This document shows, in pieces, positions 41,187 to 53,069 of a stretch of DNA of 64,000 nt. The stretch spans positions 172,739,741 to 172,803,740 of the forward strand of contig CM041465.1 in the NCBI GenBank assembly GCA_023213395.1. The letters run 5' to 3'. This DNA comes from Cycas panzhihuaensis. Its lineage: Eukaryota; Plantae; Cycadophyta. Within the stretch, counting starts at the first letter, position 1, and each line of letters begins with the position of its first letter. Under the pieces are notes generated by a model that ran no database searches, had not been told where the DNA came from, and saw nothing but the letters and a program-made list of their open reading frames with translations. Both the position numbers and the translations under genes were made by a program.

Positions 41187-42556
41187 TTAGCAAGATTGTC
41201 AACCTACATAATAGATGAAGATGCCTAATAATATACTATAATACCATATAAAATAAACAACAACAATAATAATAGAAACAAAGTGTATGAGGATCAAAAT
41301 AACATCATTAGATACTTTAATATTTTATTGATTGTAAAATAAGAATGTACACTTACATTTATAATATAAATTGGATTTTGTATAAGGCCCACAATATTTG
41401 ATGAACATCACATAATGCACAAATATATATTATCATTTATTTTTGTTACTAAATTTTATCTAATAGCCCTAACATACTAATGTTTGTTAACAAGTTAATG
41501 CATCTGCTACATCACATTGCATGATAAAACCCTCGTTCATCATGGTTATCTCATCTCATGATAGAGGATAAAATAGTGGCCTATTCATGACATCAATAAC
41601 TTTAATAGGATGATTAGACCTACTTTAGGAGCCTTGTTCTTAGACGTACATGCAACACTTATATGTATACTAACAAAACTTGCAACTAAATGACCCAAAA
41701 ATGAATTAAAATATGTGACAAACTTCCATGGGATTTAAAATAATTGTAACACTTACGTTTCTAACTAAATTTTCTTTAATGATTTGCCATCAATATGTTG
41801 TTCAGGTTTGCAATATTAATATACTCTCAATACCCTACAAAAATGTAATTTGAAAGCCTTCCTATAACTTACAATAAATTTCATTTGATAAAATAAGATT
41901 TTCCCCCTTACTGGTCACAAATAAACATAAATAAACCAAATTTAAATAAGTACCATTGATAAGAGGACATACTCATAGTCTTATAGCCTTTCACGGTCAA
42001 AACAAGCTTTGATACCATGTTGAAAATATATACCTAGGATTGACAACTTTGATACCATATTAAAAATATATACCTAGGATCAATTGCTCTCTAATATTAA
42101 GTTAAGATTATAAATTATGAATCTATATAGATGAAATAATAACCAAATAAATATGTACAAATATATGTATAATATAATATACTTATGGAAAATGATCACC
42201 TCCAAAATATATTTATAGACATACGCTACCTCATGACTATCTAATCACATATTAAGAGCCACTTAGTCAACCAATGACTGTATACATTAAGAAGTGTGCA
42301 TGCTATGACCTCTTAGTGTGCATCAAAGAGGGAAACCTATTAATTTAATAATCATATGGGTTACATATTACCCAATAATGTTGAGAGTATTCCTAAGAAG
42401 ACTACATAGTAAGGACCTTTTGACTATAAGTACTTAGAAGACTAGGAATAAAGTTAATATCCACTACTAATATAAGTTAAAAAAAAAAAAAACTTCTAAA
42501 AAGGAAATATTATATTAAATAAAATATGATATTTTTTACATGATTTTAGGGGCGTG

Positions 42557-42581
42557 TATATATATATATATATATATATCT

Positions 42582-42628
<47 letters not shown>

Positions 42629-42657
42629 TATGTATGTATGTATGTATGTGTATGTGT
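42557..42657. repeat. Compound microsatellite (TA)n-(GA)n-(TATG)n
   Basis: Direct reading. Confidence 0.95.
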
Positions 42658-44869
42658 GAGGCACCCCTTCTAAATAGTTATGATTATTAATAATTAATAT
42701 TATTAAATGAGTTTCAAAGCTTACAATAGGAATAAATCACAAAATAAAAAGCATGCTTAAAAAATGAGATAGATACATATTGAATAATGTTTATTGAAAG
42801 TGAATGAATAATTCAGGTGGGTGCTATGAAGGAATAATATTAGATGGCCTTTAAATCCTATATTATTTAATAAGTATTTATGAGTTATGTGGATGAAAGG
42901 TATATATGATTAATTAGTAATTACATAATTACGCCATGGAATTGAAATAATTAAAATACAACATGGCAAATAATAAGGTGATGAATGTATATACTGGTTT
43001 ATAATATAAAAATCAAACCCCAACACTAAGACTAAAATCATGGATGATATCCAACTACTCTAAGTTATAATATACCTAAGTACATAGAGTACTTTAAAAT
43101 GAAATACATAGTGTTTGATGATATAGACTACAAGCATAGGTTGTTAGGAATTTATTGCTAAGTGGCCTCATAGGCATTTGTTGCGATAAAGTTAGTAATA
43201 AAACCCTTGATTGGTGGAATGAGTTAAGATACCATGAAATAATAGAGACTAGGGTGACCATTGATACTTAACATAAGTTGATAAATCTTACAATAAGTGG
43301 TTTAGAGAGGTTGATGGGTTTACATTGGCGAACGACACTCATTTTGTGGGTTAAGGAATAAAAGATACTCTCGAGAAAGAGTCCTCTAAATAAGATAACT
43401 AGTTATCTATTTATATAGTGTATTAAATAAATAGGAAATAAAATTCCATTAAGTTCTTCTAAAATAAAAGCCTAACTATAAAAGTGCTTTCCTTAATGTT
43501 GGAACTAAATTGGAATCATCATTAATATTATGTAACTTCCTTAAGTGTTAAGAGGGGATTATTAAACACGCATTTGCTAGGCCATAGTCAGAAAGGATTT
43601 TAGGGCATTAGAGGAAAGCAATGACTATTGGATGACATTGCCTTAGTATTTTAAAATGAGGCCTATACACCATTCCTATATTTGGTATGCAAAAGCACTA
43701 CCTTGAGAAGGGCATTATAGAAGAAGGACATGCCATGTCATCATTCTAGCCTTAGGCTATGGGTAGTGCATATGAAAATATCTTATGGTGGGTTGTGTTA
43801 TATGAAGATCTCATTCTAAACTCAAACATAAATTTAACCTTCTCAAAATTAATGATGAAACTAATTTAAACCCATAGAACAATGAGAGAGGTGTTTTAAG
43901 GGAAGGGGTAGTTTGTGACAATGTTATTTAGTTAGGCAAAATGAGAGGTTTAAGTATAGAGATATCAGTTAGAGCTTCCATCAAAACTCACCAATAGTCA
44001 AAGGGCATGGAAATAAAAACCTTTAAGAACCTAACCAATGAAAATGCTACCTCCAAGATTCCATCCTAAATAGAGGTAGTGAGTCCATCAGAAATGGGAA
44101 AACCGAAAGTCATTGAGAGAATTGTTTAATGAATAATCACTAATAATATACAGAATGCAATAAAGAATTATCAAATTAGAAGCCTAGATTTCAGATATTG
44201 AGAAATTTATTGAAGAGGTGGATGACTTCATTACTCTCTTTAAGGAATAAGTGGAAGAACCTTTTAGTAAAAAATAAGAATAAGAATGACTACCGGTTAA
44301 TGAAAGGGAATTGGGTCATGATAAAAACTTAAATGAATTTGAGTATCTAAGAAGGTAAAGTGTACCACCAAATCTTGAAGATGACTAAGCTTCAAAGAAG
44401 TTAAGTGTAGATAAAATATGGGTAGTACTTTAGAAGATAAAATAATTATAAGATATCAAAATTTAAAACTTTAGTGACAAAGGAGATTTGGTAAAATGTA
44501 AGTCATAGGTTTAGATTGTGATATGATTTCTCCTAGTATTTCTTTAGACCTAAATATAAAATAGAAAATAGAACATAGAAAAAAATCATAAATGAACACT
44601 AAAATGAACACCAAACAATCACACCAAAGGGCAACAATAAGTTTATATTCTAGACTAATCTTCTTTTATATCCAAAGGGCCTTAAATAGGAAAATTGTCT
44701 ATTTAGCAAATGAATCTCATTGGAGAGGCATTCAACCTTTATTTCCATTGGTGGCACCATGCAACCCACGTACACATTTTAATAGTCAACATTAACATCC
44801 ACTTCTTAATAACAAGGAGTACATTCATAAGAGTTTTGCCAACCACTAGCGGTTATGTAATATGTCTCC

Positions 44870-47800
44870 TCCCATAAGATGTTGAATCCCCATAGTATAA
44901 GAGATGTAGATGCTGGTTGATGAATTCATCTAGCTTCCATGTTGTTTCCTTAGGTCCACTACTAGTCCATTGCATTAGATGTTTAGAAATGGTCATATTC
45001 TAGAGACAATAGTATGTGGTGTCTAAAACATAGTCTAAAGGAATAATTAGGAATTACTTTTTAGTGAGGATTAGAAGAGTGGTCTATGGGATAATAGACT
45101 TTTTAAAAGAGTTTTTTAGGCATGATGCAAGGAAGATGTTATGGATCTTGGTATAAAAAAGAAGGTCAAGGACATAAGTAACTTCACTAATGTGTTAGCT
45201 GATCTTATAGGGACCATAGTATCAAGGATTAAGTTTATGGTTTTTACTATGGCAAAGTGACTACTACTTATAGGGTTGGAGGGGAACAAAGACCATATCA
45301 CTAACATAAAAGGATCAATCAAAGTGGCAGTAGTCAATAAGTTTCTTCATACAATTCTTAGCCATTACTAAGTTTTATTTGAGAGTATTTAGGATTTTGT
45401 CCATGTCTTATAATTTTTATTATACTGAGGCTGTGAATAGGTTAGTGGCTAATGTGTGATGAAAATATAGGGGATAACCATTCAGGGCCATGAAGAGGTG
45501 CATGCCAATTACAAAGTGGTATGATGAGTTATACCAGCATTCTACTAGAGCTAACTAAGAGGACCAACGATTTTGGTGTTAAAATGCAAAACAATAAAGA
45601 TATATCTCTAAAGTTTGATTAAGGACCTCAGATTGACCATCTGTCTAAGGATGATAAGAGGAACTCATATTGAAAGAGGTGCCAACTGCATGAAAGAGTT
45701 CTTACCAAAAGGAAGATGCGAATTTAGGGTCCTGATCTGTAACTATGATGGATGAAAATTTATGGAGGTAAAAAATAAATTGGTTATATAAGTTAGCTAA
45801 ACGAGGGGCTTGGTAAGATATATGGATTGGTAGAAAGTATGTATATTTTGTTAGTTGATCAGTGACTACCCAAATGGAGTTATTTCTAGAAGATGATAGG
45901 AGGCCTATGATGAAATATATGGTAATATCTTGTCATTTAGCTTATAAAATTTCAATGGGTTAGAGGAGCCCAAGTTGAGCCATCGTGTCTACTTTATTGC
46001 ATTAGTAGATGTCACATTTTATTATGAAGGTTAGTATGGATGATTTTATTTAAGACAAATAGAAATCAAATTAGATGCATTGATAACTTTTATTAAAACT
46101 CAGGTGACCTCCTAAAGTGGTGGTGTGGTACTCAGTCAAGATATGAAGAATGAAGGAAGATGATATAAAGACTATGATTAGATTTTTATAAAGAAGATGG
46201 GCGTTGTGTAATGCCCAATCCTTCTAATGTTGAAATTTTGAGGACCACTTAGCAAAATCTAGTTGATATTGGTTATCTTTTAGTAATTATTTTAACCATG
46301 TAGGTTGGGGGCCAGAGATGGCTTATAATATAGGCTTACATGGTTCTAAAAATACGTAGGAGAGGGCATCAACTATGACATTTTATTTGACCATTTTATA
46401 AGATATGATGAAGTCAAACGCTTATAGGTGATCAACCCACTTTACTTGTTCTTCAAAAAGGACTATGGTGATTAGTTAAGATAGTAAATTTGGATTTGAG
46501 TAAATACTAACACCATTTGTCAACTACATAGAGGATGGCCTTCATCTTCTTTTAGTAAGTTGAAAGTTAATGTTTATGATCTTCAAGTTTTTGGATTTTG
46601 AAGGTAATTAGGTGGAAATTTTACATGAGGATAGCTCCTAAGCCTACTCCTAAGGCATTGGATTTGAGTTGGAATGGTTATTAAAAGTTTAGGGTGGTTA
46701 ATACTAGAGTGGCAAATATGAACAATTTAGATGGTTGAATATATCCTAATCATTAGAGGATTAACAAAATGAGTCCTTGTAGAGAAAATTAGTTAGGAGG
46801 GCGGTAATATAAGCATAATTTTTAACGAATTGACAGTAGAAGCCTGTGAGTCCAAGGAAGGCTTATAATTTAGTGAAGTTCTTTAGGGTGGGCCATGTGG
46901 AAATGATTAAAATTTTATCAGGGTCTACCTAGACTCCTTCAGACGAGATTATATGGCCCAAATACTAGAGTTCAATATTTCCAAACTAACACTTACTCAT
47001 TTTGGCATAAAGCTTACATTGGGAGAGAATCTAGAGGGTAATTTCTAAATGTTATAAATGATTAGATATATGGAAACTATGGATAAGGATATCATCAAAG
47101 AAGATGATGATGGACTTATGAAGGTAACAGGTAAAGATCTTGTTCATTAGACCTTAAAATATGGTTGGGGCATTAGACAACCTAAATGGCATAACCTAAA
47201 ATTTAAGATACCTATCATGTATTTAAAAGGTAGTTTTATAATGACCTTTTGGGGTAATAGGGATTTGGTAATACCCCAATCAATTATAGGTCTAGTTTAG
47301 AAAAAATGATTACCCCTTGAATTTTATTCAACATATCATTAATTTAAGGAGTGAAAATTTTATTTTTAATAGTTAGTTTGCTAAGCTCCTAGTAATCTAT
47401 GTAGAGTCAAAATGAGCCATCTTTTTTTAATAAGTACAATGGGGGCTATATAAGGGATTTTACTAGGTTGCATTATCCTTATATCCATGAGTTCTATTGT
47501 AATCCATTCAATTTTATTTTTTAAAAAATAGGAGCTATAATAGGTTCGTAGGCTAATGGGGTTATGAGAAATTTGAAGTTAAATGGTGGCATGGAAGGCT
47601 TGGTCAAGGGGGGATGTTGTTAGGAAGTGGGTTGAAAACAAATTAATATTTAGTGAGGATGGTTTGGATGTTAGGATGAATATTTGCTTGAGGCTAAATA
47701 TTCTTGAGATAGGCTATATATCTAATGTTACTATTTGGTTGTTTACTCATTTGCTTATGGGATAAGAGTTTATTGGGAGGTAATTGAAGCCTATGTAGTT

Positions 47801-49350
47801 TGTGCATTTGTCCAATGTGGTCTTTAAATATAATAAATAGGTTAGTAGGAGAATTAATAGTATTATAAGTACTAAGGATTTAGAGCCATTGAACTCCTAA
47901 GATGGAATTCGATCCCCTTATGGAAAGGGCATAAAAATCAAAATCCAATTAGTATGTACCAATTTGGATAAGAAGGTTTTTAATGAGACCTATATAATTG
48001 AGTTTGTGATGTTCTAATAAGGAATAGGTGAAACTAGTTTTTGGCATTATGCATAAGTTAAGTTGCCTAGCTAGGGAGATGTTAATAAAGTTAAGTGATG
48101 TACCAATGTCGATCAAGATGGTGATAAGAGTCTTCTTCAAGGTGCCTTTAACTTGGAGGGGTTTAGGGAAAGAGATAGAGGAGATGATAAAGGAGACTCA
48201 GAAAGAGAAACTTTAGGTTATGGATCATGGTTAATAAGGGGTTCTATGGTTAGGCTTTCCTTGGGTTTATTATCTATATCAAGATCTTCATTAACCAATG
48301 TTGTAGGATTAATGATGAAGATCATATGTTTTGCTTTATAGACCTTACTGTATCTAATAGTCTATTTTTCCACACATTAGATGTAAAGGCTAGCTTCTAA
48401 TGTCTGTTGGATTTGACAAGGGTTACCCACTTAGATCCTATGGCTTGTTCTACTATTGGTCATTCTACTATGGGGCAGTCTATCGTAGGATGATCCTCCC
48501 AGTGATCTCCCATCAAGGTTGTGGCTATTATGTATTTGCTAGTTAAGAGTGGTGGTACTATGGTGTGTCTCATTAAGAGGTGAAGTGTGCTCTATTGTAA
48601 ATTTTGCTTTGACTACTTTGGCTATGGTTATGGCCTATCTTAAAGTATTCAATAATGATGTTTTAAAACATCTAGATGCATTCTTTGAGTTTAGTTACAT
48701 AGATTTTAACCAAGGTTGATTAGTCTAGTTGCATATTAACCCTATTCTAGAGAGCTTAGAAATTATTTATGAAAGCTTCTACTATTAGGGATTGTCTTAG
48801 ATGAGCAAGCTACATTAAGAATGTTTAGTTCCATATGTTCTCATATTATTCAAAAGAAGCCTTTATAAAACTAATCCTAGGATTAGTTTACGGGGTACTC
48901 CTTTTTCCACCACTAAAACTAATGATAAGCCTTTCTATCTAAATGGATAGATGCGAAGATGAGATGGTCGTCGATCTACATGGGATGGAGTTGGAAATAT
49001 GATTCCAATTTGCTAATCTAACTCTTCACATTATCCTTATTTAGTTCTAGATCAAAGGTGGAAATATTAATCTTATAATGGAAGGGTTGCTGTCATTGAT
49101 GACTTTGGAATAAAGAAGGTGATGGTGCCAGCTACTAGTTGGATGACCTTGCTAGATTTGAGGTATTACCTTGGTCCACTATTTACTGAAGTAGCTTTAT
49201 AAGGTTTATAAGGTTAGTTTTGCTACTTATAAAATCAATTTTGATGGCTGTAAATTCTTTTTGATTTTGGTTATTTTTATTAATAATCTCTTCCTGTATG
49301 GAGGTACACTCTTCCTTGATATATATGAGATTATTTTCAAGTGTTTAGAT
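44870..49350 (-). pseudogene. Chromovirus A gag-pol with C-terminal chromodomain
   Basis: ILIDIGTSLNFI (PR), VMPFRLSNAP and IFFDDILI (RT), FLGLTGFYCQFVKNYA, NVIVDALS, chromodomain HLMQWTSSGPKETTW (~44930-44985). Confidence 0.88.
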
Positions 49351-49949
49351 TTTATCTCCTTGGTTAGGTGCTATTGATGATTATTGTTATGAGGAAATGG
49401 GATTATTTAAAGTGGGATAAGATAGGAGAAGAGGATTGCACAAAGTGGGATTATGAAGAAAGAACGAAGCAACAAAGTAGGGACTAATAGAAAGAAAGGG
49501 ATTTAAAGTGGTTGGGAATTGAGTGAGGGAATGAAAAAGGAGTGAGGAATTAGGGGTGTCTATAGCCTATTGACCCTAAAAGTATAATGGATGCACCTAG
49601 TGCACCAAAATGAGTGCGAGAAGCTCATCAAGATGGGGTCAGTGGGTTTTAAGTGATGCTTTTTTTTACGCAAAGGGACATATGGGGTGCCTATACGCCA
49701 TTGTATATTAAAATTTTGAGTTAAAACTATCATAGTAGAAAATAATCAGTATGACATGCTGATGGAATAAGATATATAAGTCATTAAGGATATTTTCAAG
49801 TTACAGACTCAAAAAAAAAAAAAAAAAAACTCAAGTCTAATTACATCAACTATTTCTAAATTTGGGAAGTATTTTAAAAATTAGAATTCTTTCTAGACTA
49901 GGAGATGTCATTTTTTTTTCTTTTTTTGTAGGCTAGAAGTATTGTTAAT

Positions 49950-50430
49950 AAACAATTGCTTATCAGTTGTATTTAGCACATGTGAAGTTATTAATTAATG
50001 GTATATTATCTAGTGTCATTAGATCTTGAGCAGGAAGTAGAATATTCTAAGAAAGATGTGAGTAGTAACAAGGTATCCTACCAACCACTAGATAATGTGT
50101 GCTTAGCCTTATATACCTACCAATAAACCTTTTATGTAGAATTTTAGGATAAATAACTTCTTGGCACTAACTACTAACCAGTACACTATAGGACTTCAAT
50201 AATCAATAGGTTGCCTATGCTAGGAAGGATTTAGGACCTAGAGGGGTCCTCCTACATACTAAAAAGTATGTGGAGGTTTAATTTCATAGCAAGGATTTGT
50301 TTGGGGCTTGGTTCAAGAGTGTTATCTCTAGTCCTTCATGCAGGGGATGAAAATGCCATAATACACTTAAGTTGAACAAGTCCCTATGATTTTTATAAAC
50401 CCCTAGTATAGGGTCTCTACATAACTACTT
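49950..50430 (-). pseudogene. Decayed extra ORF of unknown function in chromovirus A leader (homologue of 58084-58818)
   Basis: VETLY*GFIKI...KQILAMKLNLHI...SIGNLLII aligns with the leader ORF of B. Limits and strand uncertain. Confidence 0.5.
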
Positions 50431-51142
50431 TGGTAGCCACCACACGAAGTTATCTATCTAAGAATGAGGAGTAGAAAGGGAAAGGGTAGTCACTAACTGA
50501 AGTTATCTATCCTTGGACTGATGACACAAGTACTATATTGAAATAAAATTAAACTAAACTAAATTAAATTCAAAGGAAAGGTTCTAAGCATTATTAAGGG
50601 AAAAAAAATTTCCCTTTTTTTCACAACTCTTGAATGTCTCTGGCTCTATTCCTCCATCTCCTTGTACTGAGAGGTCTTTCTTTGATCTCTACTTGCATAG
50701 AGAGAGTACTTAATCTGACTAGAAAAAAAAAAAAACTATGATTTTTATTTGTCGTGTAGCTCCTCTTGGTTATGTGATTGAGCTTTAATACCACTTGATA
50801 TGGTTCCTCTTGGTATTTCTTTGTACCTAAATATAAAATAGAAAATAGAACATATAAAAGAGAATAAATGAACACTAAAATAAGCACCAAAAGATTGCAC
50901 CAAAGGGTGACAATAATTTCACATTCTAGTCTAATCTTCTTTTACATCCATAAGGTCTTAAATAGGTAAATTGGTTGTCTAGCAAATAAATCTCATTGGA
51001 GAGTTATTCAACCTTTGTTTCCATTGGTGGCCCCAAGTAGCTAGTGCACATATTTTAATGGTCAACATGAATATTCACTTCTTACTAATAAGAAATACAT
51101 TCATAAGAGTTTCACTAAAACTAGTGGTTATATAATAGATTG

Positions 51143-52643
51143 TAGATAATTATTTCTGAACTTTTAAAGTTAATGAGAAAAATAAAATCTCAATAGTCTA
51201 GTTTGCACTTAAAGAAGATGTGTTAACTTGGTGGATAATAATTCACTCTAACTATAAATTAGGATTAAGAAAACTAGTTGAGACATTGGAAGAAAAAAAA
51301 AGTTTAATGGATAAGAATTATTTGACTAAGATAAACCAAGATGATACTCTCATTTCTCTACCATTTCAGTGTGAGAGCTAAGTAATTAAGTTGTGTTAAA
51401 TAGGATTTAGTAGAGATTGATAAATTAATCTTTAATGATATATTTGATGCTATTAAGTGAATATATTTATTTCAAAATTTGGTAAATATGAGAAAAATTA
51501 CAAATGAAGGTGGGATTAATGCTAGATTTGCATGTATATTGTAAGGAGTACCACTAGAATGGTACAAACAATTAGACAAGGCAAAAACTTGGGAAAAGGT
51601 AAGAAAATAATTTAAGGAAAGGTTCAAAAAATTTTGTAGTAATAAAGTCATTGAAATTACCTTGAAAGAAATTAAACAAAGACTTGGAGAATCAGTGTTA
51701 GGTTACGTGAATCATATAAAAATCATAGTTGCTAATATAACATATAAAAAAGTAATAGATTATAACATGAAAATTTATTTTTTCAAAGAGCTAAATAAGA
51801 AATTTAGGATAATAGTATAGATATGTACATTGAAAGTTTTCTAGAATGCCCGAGAATTGACATTGGATTTTGAAAAAGTGATGGATGCTCAAATAGGAGG
51901 GCATGAAGTGCTACTATTAAAAATATATGATGAGATTTAAAAAATGAAGTAACAATAAAATAATAAGTAATTCTTTCAACTCAAGAAATCAATGGAAGAG
52001 TCTAAAAGTAGAAGCCATTATAAAAGAGGTAGCAAATTTAAAAATGAAAATAAATAAGAATGAAGGGGAGGAAGAGACAGGGAAGAAGAGAAAAGAAAAA
52101 GAGTTTTGAGTAAATAAAAAGAGTCACATTTGTGATGAAGACTCCTATTCCACAAAGGAATGCAACTCAACCCTAAAAATAACACTTTGAGGAAACAAGA
52201 TAAATGGTACTATATATATGATATATAAACCCACAACATGAAGAATTACTATTTCAATCCTTGAGGAAAAAGCTATAAAGGAAGAGGCAAGGGCAAAGTT
52301 GCTTACTTAGTTAGACATCTATATGCCATTAGAATTGCACCATAAACCTCTAAGAAGAAGGCACCCATTAGGGGATGCCTAGTGTATCTTGAGTTTATCC
52401 GTTATAAATTTGAATGCCTAATCACTAAAACACATAAATAATATGTTTTTGTATGTGAAATTATGGACTTTAAAATCATTGTATAGAAGATTATAAGGGA
52501 AAAGTTAAAGTAATAAACCTTATAATAATAGTTCTTCTATTAAGTAAAAATATGAACTTATAAACAAGAAGGAGAGTAAGAGGTAAGAATAAGGTAGTAG
52601 ATGACTACCCAAAACTTAAAATAGAAATAGACAACCTTGAAGT
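51143..52643 (+). pseudogene. gag region of the host gypsy (two capsid-like motifs and decayed knuckles)
   Basis: FALKEDVLTWW...VETLEE (51200-51300); GVPLEWYKQLDKAKTWEKVRK*FKERF (51545-51630). Confidence 0.7.
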
Positions 52644-53069
52644 TGATATAAATTTGTCTAATGATTTTCACACCAATGGAAGCTTATGAGGGAAAAGACA
52701 ATACAATAGATCTTTATTAACACTTCAATAGCTTTGATCATATCAAAAGTATAAGAGAAGAGTGCTAAAGATAAGATGTATACAAGTACAATCTCACATA
52801 ATAAGATTATGATATAAGAGATCTCCTTATAAATGCTTGGCCTTAAGTAAACAAAAGTGGCCACTTTTCCTAAGTTCCTATTGGTGAACCATGTGATCTT
52901 TAATCTCATTAGTAGAGATATACAACCCACACATATAAATTAATAATTAGTATTAACCTTCTCTACCTTATCCATGTGGTCAAATAATTGACGTTAATCT
53001 TCTCCGTCTTAATCATATGGTTAGATGCTTATGTGTTGCTAACCTTCAGAGGTTACTTAGCAAGTCCCT

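Larger units (their letters stand above)
35783..41465 (-). mobile_element. Ty1/copia element with short (~215 bp) LTRs nested in the non-autonomous element
   Basis: LTRs 35783-35993 and 41247-41465; perfect TSD GCCCT; decayed Met PBS 41236-41246. Confidence 0.87.
33978..42377 (-). mobile_element. Non-autonomous LTR element (~2.7 kb without nested copia)
   Basis: LTRs 33978-34371 and 42018-42377; perfect TSD ATGTT; Met PBS 42006-42017; PPT 34372-34381; no recognisable coding motif inside. Confidence 0.85.
44519..51137 (-). mobile_element. Chromovirus (Ty3/gypsy with chromodomain) A, full length, decayed
   Basis: LTRs 44519-44862 and 50796-51137; perfect TSD GATTG; Met PBS 50780-50793; PPT 44863-44873. 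Confidence 0.92.

Noticed and set aside
43326-43336. TGGCGAACGAC resembling the complement of the plastid trnH 3' end
   Set aside because: Only ~10 nt, CCA register does not fit; more likely a decayed ordinary PBS or chance.
43500-44450. Possible extra ORF upstream of the host gypsy gag
   Set aside because: Too decayed; no frame or motif could be supported.
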